Positions 1 to 8,617 of a stretch of DNA of 64,000 nt are shown here, one piece after another. The stretch lies in contig JBEIPA010000010.1 in the NCBI GenBank assembly GCA_040377305.1, positions 1-64,000 of the forward strand, written 5' to 3'. Under the pieces are notes generated by a model, which had not been told where the DNA came from, did no database searches, and saw nothing but the letters and a program-made list of their open reading frames with translations. Position numbers and translations under genes: made by a program. Within the stretch, counting starts at the first letter, position 1, and each line of letters opens with the position of its first letter. The stretch is from Flavobacteriales bacterium. GTDB taxonomy: Bacteria; Bacteroidota; Bacteroidia; Palsa-965.

Positions 1-96
1 CTGGTCATCAACGCAATCAGAAATAAGATTGTGCTGAGGGCATGTGCTGTTTTAAGAGGAGAAACTTTTTACACTCCTCCCTTGACTTTGTCATAG
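1..96 (+). mobile_element. 3' end of a probable IS110-family transposase (truncated by the window start)
   Basis: Frame 1 reads LVINAIRNKIVLRACAVLRGETFYTPPLTLS* (stop 94-96). It resembles the C-terminal (V/I)NA(I/V)RNK helix I recognise from Bacteroidota IS110 transposases. Only 31 codons are visible and it is not in the ORF track. Confidence 0.65.
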
Positions 97-99
97 GAA

Positions 100-137
100 T
101 CGGTCTGACAAGATTCATATTAAACTGGTCAGACCGA
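100..137. repeat. REP-like inverted repeat abutting the IS end
   Basis: TCGGTCTGAC (100-109) and GTCAGACCGA (128-137) are a perfect 10-bp inverted pair. They match the 3' half of the palindromic element at 2386-2409 (...GCTCAGTCTGACA). Confidence 0.65.
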
Positions 138-194
138 GTAGACTTAAAAAACTGCGGAGCAGCTTGAGAAAAATACCGTCGTACCGAGGGCTGA

Positions 195-716
195 TCAGAA
201 ACCTGCAAATCCTTCCGCATGTTTCTGTATCGCAACCCGCGTATTCTCATCATGAAGCACACCGTTCTGGTCGATCACATCATTCACTTTCGAAATCGGA
301 AGATGAAACGGATACACGGTGATGCCGAGATAATGAAACGCACCGCTGAGATGATCCATGCCGCGAAGATTTCCAGCGCGACCGGCTCCAAGTCCGACCA
401 TCGCCATCTTTTTTCCTTTGAGATCGTTCGGATGAACAGCGTCGAAAACAAGTTTCAGAATTCCCGGAAACGTGCCTTGATATTCAGGAACAACCAGCAG
501 CATTTTACTGATTCCACGAAAATACGTTTCAACTTGTTTCTGAAAATCAGGTGATTGCTTATCGCGGGTCCAGGCCGAGGAAAAATCTGCCGGCAAGGTC
601 TGCAAATCGTAAAGCTGAGCCTCGACTCCGGTGGCTCTGTAATGCGCCAAATACTCTTCGGCAATCTTAATCGATTTATTACCAGTGCGATTGGTTCCGG
701 AGACGATGGTGATCAT
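195..716 (-). CDS. NADPH-dependent FMN reductase (flavodoxin-like fold)
   Basis: N-terminal SGTNR phosphate loop, PEYQGTFPGILK and GRAGNLRG motifs. Start placed at the ATG of MITIVSG. Confidence 0.9.
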   Translation of the reverse strand: MITIVSGTNRTGNKSIKIAEEYLAHYRATGVEAQLYDLQTLPADFSSAWTRDKQSPDFQKQVETYFRGISKMLLVVPEYQGTFPGILKLVFDAVHPNDLKGKKMAMVGLGAGRAGNLRGMDHLSGAFHYLGITVYPFHLPISKVNDVIDQNGVLHDENTRVAIQKHAEGFAGF

Positions 717-869
717 TGTTAACGAATCAGCGTTTTTGTTCAAAAGTCCCGTCCTGCCCTTGTCCGTGGATTCATTACCTTCGAGACAGTAAAATCGGGA
801 GATATTTCCTGCTAATTAACGAAAATCCCGCGATTATTCTCGTGAAACAGAAATCGTGGAACATCATAG

Positions 870-1553
870 ATGAATATTACTTACTACGGTCATTCTTGTT
901 TTGGAGTTGAAGTAGCAGGCAAAAACCTGTTGTTCGATCCTTTCATTACGCCCAACGGACTCGCTTCCGGTGTAGACGTGAATACCGTTCCGGCGGATTT
1001 CATTCTCGTTTCTCATGGTCATGAAGATCATATCGCCGATTGCATTTCCATTGCAGAGCGCACGAATGCGTGGGTGATTTGTTCGTACGAGATTTATCTC
1101 TGGCTGAAGAAAAAAGGATTGAAGAATATTCGTCCGATGGGCATTGGCGGAAAATGGATTGCTCCTTTCGGAAAAGTAAAAGCAGTTGTAGCTGTTCACT
1201 CGAGCAGTTTGCCTGACGGAAGCTACGGTGGCGCAGCAATGGGTTACGTAATCGAAAGCATGGAAGGTAATTTCTATTTCGCAGGAGATACCGCGTTGAC
1301 ACTTGACATGAAACTGATCGGAGAATACCGCAAAGTCGATTTCGCATTTCTTCCGATCGGCGACAATTTCACGATGGGTGTTGACAATGCCATTATCGCG
1401 AGTGACTTCATCGGGTGCGACAACATTGTTGGAATGCATTACGACACATTCGACATTATCAAAATTGACCACGATGCTGCGAAGAGAAGCTTCGCGCGTG
1501 CTGGCAAACAATTAACGCTGATGACAATCGGCGAAACGATTTCAAAATCTTAA
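870..1553 (+). CDS. Metal-dependent hydrolase, metallo-beta-lactamase fold (UPF0173-like)
   Basis: GHSCF, DPF, SHGHEDH metal motif, AGDT, LPIGD and GMHYDT. Confidence 0.92.
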   Translation: MNITYYGHSCFGVEVAGKNLLFDPFITPNGLASGVDVNTVPADFILVSHGHEDHIADCISIAERTNAWVICSYEIYLWLKKKGLKNIRPMGIGGKWIAPFGKVKAVVAVHSSSLPDGSYGGAAMGYVIESMEGNFYFAGDTALTLDMKLIGEYRKVDFAFLPIGDNFTMGVDNAIIASDFIGCDNIVGMHYDTFDIIKIDHDAAKRSFARAGKQLTLMTIGETISKS

Positions 1554-1561
1554 GTGGAGAC

Positions 1562-2374
1562 ATGGGAAAAATCATTGCTATAGCAAACCAGAAAGGCGGA
1601 GTTGGAAAAACAACTACTGCAATCAATCTTGCCGCAAGCTTCGCAGTATTGGAGCATCGCACACTATTGGTTGATGCCGATCCACAGGCAAATGCAACTT
1701 CAGGTGTTGGTTTCGATCCGAAAAATGTAAAGACGAGCATTTACGAATGCATCATCGACGGAAAAGATCCGAAGGATATCATTCTTCAGACAACTACACC
1801 TAACCTGGATATTCTACCGGCACACATCGATCTCGTTGGAGCGGAAATTGAAATGATTAATCTCCCGAACCGCGAGCGCATGATGAAAGGTGCATTGGAG
1901 AAAATCAAAAAAGATTACGACTTCATCATCATCGATTGTTCTCCTTCCCTCGGTTTGGTAACGGTGAATGCATTGAGCGCAGCTGATTCAGTAATCGTTC
2001 CTGTGCAGTGTGAATATTTTGCACTCGAAGGATTAGGCAAGCTTCTGAACACAATCAAAATCATTCAGACGCGTTTGAATCCGGAACTCGCAATCGAAGG
2101 AATTCTCTTGACGATGTACGATATTCGTTTGCGTCTCAGCAACCAGGTTGTGGAAGAAGTGAAAACACATTTTCAGTCGATGGTGTTTGATACTATCGTT
2201 CAGCGCAACACGAAATTGGGTGAAGCACCGAGCTTTGGTGAAACAATCATCATGCACGATGCTACGAGCAAAGGAGCAATCAATTATCTCAACCTCGCGC
2301 GTGAGATTCTGCAGAAGAACAATCTAACGCGGTTGTCGGATGAAGAGAAGATTATCAATATTACTCAAGGTTAG
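1562..2374 (+). CDS. parA: Chromosome partitioning ATPase ParA/Soj
   Basis: Deviant Walker A KGGVGKTT, DADPQANAT, IDCSPSLG and PVQCEYFALEG. Confidence 0.97.
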   Translation: MGKIIAIANQKGGVGKTTTAINLAASFAVLEHRTLLVDADPQANATSGVGFDPKNVKTSIYECIIDGKDPKDIILQTTTPNLDILPAHIDLVGAEIEMINLPNRERMMKGALEKIKKDYDFIIIDCSPSLGLVTVNALSAADSVIVPVQCEYFALEGLGKLLNTIKIIQTRLNPELAIEGILLTMYDIRLRLSNQVVEEVKTHFQSMVFDTIVQRNTKLGEAPSFGETIIMHDATSKGAINYLNLAREILQKNNLTRLSDEEKIINITQG

Positions 2375-2385
2375 ACCGCTCGTCG

Positions 2386-2409
2386 CCTTCGACTACGCTC
2401 AGTCTGACA
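2386..2409. repeat. REP-like element (CTTCGAC..GCTCAG family)
   Basis: CCTTCGACTACGCTCAGTCTGACA. Related copies at 46569-46587 (CCCTTCGACAAGCTCAGGG) and, partially, at 100-137. Confidence 0.7.
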
Positions 2410-2432
2410 AGCGACCAATACATCGATCCTTT

Positions 2433-2459
2433 TGATAACCGCGCGGCTTCAGCCCGCGG
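2433..2459. repeat. REP-like hairpin (GGCTTCAGCC family)
   Basis: TGATAACCGCGCGGCTTCAGCCCGCGG, 24/27 identical to 29957-29983, with a compensatory stem change. Confidence 0.75.
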
Positions 2460-2536
2460 ATAGCAAAAGATAAAAAATATAAATTCCGATCTGCCGAAGG
2501 CGCAACCCGTCTCGACGGGTGAAACAAAAGACGAAA

Positions 2537-3433
2537 ATGAGCATCAAACGCAACGCATTAGGAAAAGGGCTTAGCGCCTTGTTGGAGAACGCCAATACGG
2601 ATATCACCGCAAATCGATTGAGTGGTGATGTTGGCGCTGTAGTTGGTAACGTGAGCAATATTCCGCTCAAGCAGATTGAAGCGAATCCGTTTCAGCCGCG
2701 AACGCATTTTGAAGAAGAAGCGTTGCAGGAACTTGCTGATTCATTGAAGCTACACGGTATTATTCAGCCGGTTGCAGTCCGCAAAATGGGTTACGATAAG
2801 TTCCAGCTCATTTCTGGTGAACGTCGTTTCCGTGCGGCACAATTGGCGGGATTGGAAATGATTCCTGCGTATGTGCGTGTTGCGAACGATCAGGCGATGT
2901 TGGAGATGGCGCTCGTGGAAAACATTCAGCGCGAAAATCTCGATGCGATTGAAATCGCAATCAGCTACAAACGTTTGATTGATGAGTGCCACCTTACACA
3001 GGAGCAACTCGCCGATAAAGTAAGCAAGCAGCGTGCAACGGTAACAAACTACCTGCGTTTGCTGAAGCTACCTGCAGAAGTACAGAAAGGCATTCGCGAT
3101 AAAATGATTTCTATGGGTCACGCCCGCGCGTTGATCAACGTAGAACGTCAGACCGATATGCTGGAACTCTATCACCGCATTGTGGAAGAGAATCTATCTG
3201 TTCGCGATGTTGAAGAACTTGCCCGCGACGTGAAGAAGATTGAACCGCGTGTGAAGCACAAGAATCTTCAGGGCAATCTCGACGAGAAGTATGCCGACAA
3301 GCTGAAGAGCCTTTCGAAGCAATACAAGGCGAAGATTTCGCTGAAGAGCAATAATGATGGGAATGGGAAGATCATTATTCCTTTCACCACGGAAGAGGAG
3401 TTGGATAAGATTCTGGATGCACTTGACATTTGA
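2537..3433 (+). CDS. parB: Chromosome partitioning protein ParB/Spo0J
   Basis: ALGKGLSALL N-terminus, NPFQPR, GERRFRA box, ENIQRENL and an HTH. Follows parA. Confidence 0.97.
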   Translation: MSIKRNALGKGLSALLENANTDITANRLSGDVGAVVGNVSNIPLKQIEANPFQPRTHFEEEALQELADSLKLHGIIQPVAVRKMGYDKFQLISGERRFRAAQLAGLEMIPAYVRVANDQAMLEMALVENIQRENLDAIEIAISYKRLIDECHLTQEQLADKVSKQRATVTNYLRLLKLPAEVQKGIRDKMISMGHARALINVERQTDMLELYHRIVEENLSVRDVEELARDVKKIEPRVKHKNLQGNLDEKYADKLKSLSKQYKAKISLKSNNDGNGKIIIPFTTEEELDKILDALDI

Positions 3434-3434
3434 T

Positions 3435-3608
3435 ATTCGAAGATTCGAAGATTTGAAAATTCAGTCCTCTGTATGAAGCGAATTGCTTTGCTTGTTGTAT
3501 TAGTAATGTGTACAGCATTTCAGCTTCGCGCTCAAATTGCTTTTGGATACTCAGCTTCGAATCAGCACGGAGCCCGCTTCGAATCTTCAAATTTTCAAAT
3601 CTTCAAAT
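3435..3608. repeat. Inverted arrays of 8-nt repeats, right arm inside a CDS
   Basis: Left arm ATTCGAAG ATTCGAAG ATTTGAAA (3435-3458). Right arm CTTCGAAT CTTCAAAT TTTCAAAT CTTCAAAT (3577-3608). Confidence 0.75.
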
Positions 3609-4096
3609 CGCCTCTTGATACAGCTAAAGCCGACACCGTAGTTGAGAAATTGCACTCTCCGAAAAAAGCAGCTTTGCTAAGCGCACTCGTTCCCGGCCTT
3701 GGACAGATTTATAACAAGAAATACTGGAAGCTTGCCATCATCTATCCTGCAATGGGCGGAATCGTGTATGGATTTTCCTTCAACCAGAAAAACTTCAAAG
3801 TGTACCGCGATGCATTGCGTGTTCGCTATGATGGTGATCCGAACACGATTGATCAATTCGCGTTGTACTCCGACGAGCGCATTGTAACAATGAAGAATTA
3901 CTACCAGCGTTACCGCGATTTATGCGTGATTGGTTTCGCTGCAGTTTATTTGCTTCAGGTCATTGATGCGGCTGTTGATGCGCATTTGTATTACTTCGAT
4001 GTGGGTCCGGATTTGAGTTTGAGATGGAGTCCGCAGGTAACACCGGGTGCGAGTGGTCCGACTTATGGTGTGGGATTTCAAATGAGTTTTAGATAG
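3473..4096 (+). CDS. DUF5683-family membrane protein
   Basis: PKKAALLSALVPGLGQIYNKKYWK and IDAAVDAHL motifs; customary position after parB in Bacteroidota. Confidence 0.88.
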   Translation: MKRIALLVVLVMCTAFQLRAQIAFGYSASNQHGARFESSNFQIFKSPLDTAKADTVVEKLHSPKKAALLSALVPGLGQIYNKKYWKLAIIYPAMGGIVYGFSFNQKNFKVYRDALRVRYDGDPNTIDQFALYSDERIVTMKNYYQRYRDLCVIGFAAVYLLQVIDAAVDAHLYYFDVGPDLSLRWSPQVTPGASGPTYGVGFQMSFR

Positions 4097-4157
4097 CTCA
4101 GCGGCAGAACTAAAGTGGGTATCATTGCACTCCACCAATCATTAACCAATAACAATC

Positions 4158-4571
4158 ATGAACAAAAATCTATTTATCCTGCTGGTCGCTATTCTCTCTT
4201 TCGGCTTTACACAAGCTCAGACTACAACTAAGCGAGAGCACGTCGTAAAAGACGTAAAAGCTCAGGCAGTTGGTGCACAACGGGGAGCTTCAAAAATTGT
4301 AAATGATGTTCCGACTACGGATATAGCGCTTCCACCGTCGGAAAGTTGTGGCGGATGCTATTCGAAGGCTACGTTCGACAACTATACAGGATATTGGATT
4401 AAGGTTTATGTGGATGGCGATTTCAAAGGTTCTGTAGAACCGTGGGGAACTGGCTCATGTGACATACTTTCCTCATGGCAGTCCTGGTATTGCGAAACTT
4501 CCGGTGGTACGCTGTCGTGGGAAGGCAAAAGCGATGGTGGTTCAGATTTGTGGGTTAATCTGCGCGAGTAA
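4158..4571 (+). CDS. Secreted hypothetical protein
   Basis: Sec signal peptide ending AQ; beta-rich C-terminal domain with four Cys. Confidence 0.75.
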   Translation: MNKNLFILLVAILSFGFTQAQTTTKREHVVKDVKAQAVGAQRGASKIVNDVPTTDIALPPSESCGGCYSKATFDNYTGYWIKVYVDGDFKGSVEPWGTGSCDILSSWQSWYCETSGGTLSWEGKSDGGSDLWVNLRE

Positions 4572-4643
4572 AAAATAGGACGAGTTCGCTTTCTGGATTA
4601 GAATGTTAGAATTACACATGATGAGCATTATTATGTTATCTCA

Positions 4644-5798
4644 TCAGAAAAAATTCACCTCTACACCCGTCTCCCTCGCCGACGACGGAACTTCAATATC
4701 ACGTATCGAATCGTATGACCCCACATGTTTCCGATCGTAAACAGTTCCGATGTAGTCAAACTCTTCAAACGTATAACTCCTCTCGCGTTTGAGCAAATTA
4801 CGCACACTATCTTCCGAAATACTCCACTCGTGAGCAAGATGCATTGCAGTCGGTTCCATATAGGTGATGTAGAGCAACTCCGCCAACGTATGTTCCCGGT
4901 GATTCTCGTAATTCATGTCGCTCTTCAATGAGAAACGATAACGTTGCAGACTTGCCTGCATAGAATCGCGGTACTCCAAAAACTCCTCATTCGTCATCAT
5001 TCCAACAACCGGTGTATTCGGGATGAAAAGTGGTTGTATAGAAGTTTCATGGCACCATAAGCATTTGGCAGGCTTTCCGGCATCACCGAATTCCGCAGGT
5101 GTTCCGCTGACCAGTTTGCCATCTTCATTGTACACCATAAAACGCAATTGTCCATTGCGCATAATATCAAAACACTCATAATGCGTAGGCATAAATGTTC
5201 CTGAATCCAGAGAGCCGTGACCTTCCATAGCTAAAAAACCATAATTGAAGAGTGCCGTATCAACGGAAAAATAAATCAGGCGATTTCCCTCTGCTATTGA
5301 AGAATTAGTAACTCCGAACGCATTAAAATTCCAATCCAGCTTATACTTTCTTTTGAAATCATTCAGTGTAAGGGGAACGTCCACAATGCTGTAATAATGA
5401 TAACTACTCCCGAGAGTGAGCATTACAAATTCACCAATGTCAATTCCACCGCGCCTTGTGTATTCTTCTGTACGGCAAATACTATCACATATTTTATCGA
5501 TCGCAATCAGTGAGTTGTATGAAAAACCGAGGTCGCTTATAGTTACTGTAAATCTTGTACTATCGGTAGTTTGAACGGCTTTCGCGAAACATCCTTCCGG
5601 CAGTTCTGCTCCTAACCAGGAAAATGTCCAGATCATTCCCCTGACAACATCCTGCGATGTTTGCTTTTCATACCCTTTATTCCAGATCAGTACTATTTTG
5701 GTTTCGTTGTGTCCTTCCTCAGGATATGGAATGCATTCAAATTCCATAGAGGCAAAAAGCACCGTGATCAAGATAACAATTGAAGTTTTCGTTTTCAT
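4644..5798 (-). CDS. Exported protein with a single CxxCH heme-c motif
   Basis: Signal-like N-terminus and KCLWCH motif. ATG at 5798 overlaps the upstream stop (ATGA). Confidence 0.7.
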   Translation of the reverse strand: MKTKTSIVILITVLFASMEFECIPYPEEGHNETKIVLIWNKGYEKQTSQDVVRGMIWTFSWLGAELPEGCFAKAVQTTDSTRFTVTISDLGFSYNSLIAIDKICDSICRTEEYTRRGGIDIGEFVMLTLGSSYHYYSIVDVPLTLNDFKRKYKLDWNFNAFGVTNSSIAEGNRLIYFSVDTALFNYGFLAMEGHGSLDSGTFMPTHYECFDIMRNGQLRFMVYNEDGKLVSGTPAEFGDAGKPAKCLWCHETSIQPLFIPNTPVVGMMTNEEFLEYRDSMQASLQRYRFSLKSDMNYENHREHTLAELLYITYMEPTAMHLAHEWSISEDSVRNLLKRERSYTFEEFDYIGTVYDRKHVGSYDSIRDIEVPSSARETGVEVNFF

Positions 5799-7360
5799 TT
5801 TGCGATGGCTTCGAATTCCCATTTGGAAATAGTGTACAAATGAAATAAACCGGGGCCACGGTGGTAATCGGAAAGTACCAGATAGTTTTCTCCATCACTT
5901 CCGATCCTTTTTAGCCGGACACCATTCAACGCAAAGGGTTCGTTTTCTTCCATTCCACTCCATGCACCTTCCATTGTGAAACCGTATTGACGGTTGAAAT
6001 CATCTACAAAAGAAATGTAATACAATTTATTATCGATGACCGCAGCGTCGAGCACATAATGTTGTGTTACTAAATCTGGTTTGTAATATTTCAGCGGTAA
6101 CGACTCCGGACGCTGCGCGAATTTGAACACGATCACCACCATAAAGATTGTGGCGAGCACCAACTGCGGTTTTTCAATTCTCCGAAAACCAAAGGATGGT
6201 TTGCTTTCCATGATGAACAAGGCAATGAAGATCCATAACTTGTATTCCTCCAGAAATGGAGAATAACCATCAAGGATCCGCGGAGGAAGAACCATCACCA
6301 TTCCGTACAACATCATCCTCATCCAATCCTGGACTGAATTTCCGAAACTGATAAATGGTACCAGCAACAGCAGCGAGTATGTAGATGTATAACCGGAAGT
6401 GATGTTCACCAGCAAAAGCAATAACAGAATCTTCTTTCTCCAATCAAGCGCATTCTTCCACGCACCAACCAGGATGAAAGAAATCAGAATAAAGAAAAGT
6501 GTATTGATGAGCTGAATGAGACGTTCACTTCCGTTAATCAGGGCATCCGGATTCAGAATCGTATCGGGCAACATGAGTTTCCGTAAGAACACGATGAATC
6601 CTTGAAACGATGATGAGTACGGATCACTTACGAAACCATTCATCATTCGCGGCATTGAATCGGTATAGAAAGTTGTAAACGCGTCAATGGCGCTCATGTA
6701 AAATAGGAGCGTTAAAGCAGTAATTATGCACCAGAACAAAACGGTCCATCCTATAATTCTGAATCTCTTTTCCGAGATGAGCCACACGAGAAAAATTGCA
6801 GGACTAATTTTTAATGTAATTGCAATTGCGAGTGAAAGTCCGGCCAGCCATTTGTGCTTTTCCAGACACAGAATCATGATCATCATGAGGGCCGTGATGA
6901 TCAGGTAAGTTTGTCCGAAAATAATGTTGTAATAAGCGGGAATAATAGCCGCAATGAGAATCAACATTGTTTTGACATCTGGCTCTGGTGAATATTTCTT
7001 CAGGAATCGGAATAACACGCCGACAAACAGGATGATGCTCACCCAATTGAACACGCATTTTGCCCAAAGAACTTCCTCGAAGAAGACAAACGGAAGGTAG
7101 AGGAAATCAGTTTGAGGAGAAACCGTGCAATGATTCAGGAACACCGGCATTCTACCAACCAGTTGTGCATAATCGTTAAACAAGCCAACATTATTGAGAA
7201 AATCTGCCGAAGCTGAAGTAGTCCCAATCAGGCGTGCTCCGTAATAGTAGTTCCCGAAATCGGAAACCGGCATGCGGAATACACTCAGTGTGTTGACGAG
7301 TCCGAATAGTATGAGAAGCGCAAAACAAATAACGGCGGGAGTAATTTTCAGCGACTTCAT
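5795..7360 (-). CDS. GT-C membrane glycosyltransferase, GT87/DUF2029-like
   Basis: Polytopic protein with DFGNYY, a NIIFGQ loop and a LKISP motif. ATG at 7360 overlaps the FkbM stop. Confidence 0.8.
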   Translation of the reverse strand: MKSLKITPAVICFALLILFGLVNTLSVFRMPVSDFGNYYYGARLIGTTSASADFLNNVGLFNDYAQLVGRMPVFLNHCTVSPQTDFLYLPFVFFEEVLWAKCVFNWVSIILFVGVLFRFLKKYSPEPDVKTMLILIAAIIPAYYNIIFGQTYLIITALMMIMILCLEKHKWLAGLSLAIAITLKISPAIFLVWLISEKRFRIIGWTVLFWCIITALTLLFYMSAIDAFTTFYTDSMPRMMNGFVSDPYSSSFQGFIVFLRKLMLPDTILNPDALINGSERLIQLINTLFFILISFILVGAWKNALDWRKKILLLLLLVNITSGYTSTYSLLLLVPFISFGNSVQDWMRMMLYGMVMVLPPRILDGYSPFLEEYKLWIFIALFIMESKPSFGFRRIEKPQLVLATIFMVVIVFKFAQRPESLPLKYYKPDLVTQHYVLDAAVIDNKLYYISFVDDFNRQYGFTMEGAWSGMEENEPFALNGVRLKRIGSDGENYLVLSDYHRGPGLFHLYTISKWEFEAIAK

Positions 7361-8316
7361 CTTCTCCTCTTCGCCCTCCATTGCTGCACTGCTGGTGGTG
7401 TCCAGCGACGAAGAAAATGTTTGAATCCCGATTCACGTGTTGGTGCGGAAAGCGTTCGGAATAAATGGTTCTGTTCTTCTGCAGTCAGAATTCCTTCGAG
7501 CAGATACTTTGCTTCGCTGAAATATCCTTCGCAGGCTAAAATGTTTGCAGCACGTTTTCGTTGATCAGCCACTGATGAATCTGCATTATCATATCCGAAA
7601 ACATACCATGCATCTCCAACCGGTGCTTTTTTCGGACGTTCGTACAATTTGCTTCCAGCGGAGAATTCATCTTCACGATTCATAACATCCGGATACGATC
7701 TGCATTCGAGAAAACGGAATCCGCATGCACGCAAGAAAATATCGATGTCGGAAAAATAGCTTTGTCCTTTGTAGATCGGGAAGTAGGCAACTTCGGTACA
7801 GATCACTCCCACTCTTCCCGACTTCAAAAGCTGTTCGCCGCTTCTCAGAATCTCGAGTTCGTTGCCTTGCGTGTCGAGCTTCAGAAAATCGATGAAGTCA
7901 GCACCAATTTTCGAGTGAAATCCGGAAAGCGTTTCTGTCTGAACATCTACCGTAATCGCGATTTTCATTCCAGCGCCCCAGTCATTCGCATTTTTCATTT
8001 CTCCGAAGCCGCGATTGAATTCTTCCCGTTCGGGTTCCAGCAAAGAACTCATGCTGGCGTGTTCGGTGATGTTCAGTTGAGCCGTTCCTTTCGAAGATGA
8101 AAGGGCCAATTGATCAATTGTGGACTTCCGAAAGTGAGAAAAGTCGGAATTCTTAAGCATCTCAGCCGAAGCCGGATCCGGTTCAATCATATACACGCTA
8201 ATAAATTCGTGCAGAGCCGGCAGCAGGGTGAATCCGCCACGGGCGCCGACATCCAAAACGGTTGCCGCGTGATCCTTATAAAGCGTGGACAGGAATTCTG
8301 AGGTTTTCAAGCGCAC
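7357..8316 (-). CDS. FkbM-family SAM-dependent methyltransferase
   Basis: LDVGARGG motif I, IEPDP and FLKLDTQGNELEIL. Confidence 0.9.
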   Translation of the reverse strand: MRLKTSEFLSTLYKDHAATVLDVGARGGFTLLPALHEFISVYMIEPDPASAEMLKNSDFSHFRKSTIDQLALSSSKGTAQLNITEHASMSSLLEPEREEFNRGFGEMKNANDWGAGMKIAITVDVQTETLSGFHSKIGADFIDFLKLDTQGNELEILRSGEQLLKSGRVGVICTEVAYFPIYKGQSYFSDIDIFLRACGFRFLECRSYPDVMNREDEFSAGSKLYERPKKAPVGDAWYVFGYDNADSSVADQRKRAANILACEGYFSEAKYLLEGILTAEEQNHLFRTLSAPTRESGFKHFLRRWTPPAVQQWRAKRRR

Positions 8317-8322
8317 TAAATT

Positions 8323-8516
8323 AGGGATAAGGGATGAGGGATGGGGTATGAGGGAATGAGGGACGGGGTATGAGGGAATGAGGGACGGGGTATGTGGGAG
8401 AAGGGACGAGGGACTGGGTAGTGTGGATGACTACTTTTCTAGTTGTAATTCGCTGGTTTATACCTATTCCCACATTCCACATTCCTTATCCCCCATCCCT
8501 CATCCCCGATCCCCCT
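8323..8516. repeat. G-tract ~7-mer repeat array with an inverted C-tract arm
   Basis: GGGATGA-like units at 8323-8420, including a perfect 22-bp tandem repeat (8343-8364, 8365-8386, partial 8387-8394). Complementary CATCCC/ATTCC units at 8461-8516. Confidence 0.85.
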
Positions 8517-8617
8517 TTTCCACGAAAAAACTTGTCAGATCAGTGTCAAGGCAGTACTTTCGCCTCAGAATGTAAAAGGCATTCTTAACCCGAAAAAACA
8601 CCATTCAACCACACACT

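Noticed and set aside
1562-3433. parS site or replication origin near parAB
   Set aside because: I found no TGTTTCACGTGAAACA-like palindrome or DnaA-box cluster by eye; a motif scan would be needed to exclude degenerate sites.
4094-4137. tRNA-like pieces: TAGCTCAGCGGCAGAAC (D-arm-like) and a CTCCACCA end
   Set aside because: Only ~27 nt lie between the D-arm-like part and the end, with no anticodon arm, no GTTC T-loop and no acceptor pairing. At most a remnant or coincidence.
8343-8394. Possible CRISPR array or coding repeat (ORFs 8378..8575 and 8394..8588)
   Set aside because: The repeats are directly adjacent with no unique spacers and no cas genes are present. The ORFs are low-complexity translations of the repeat.
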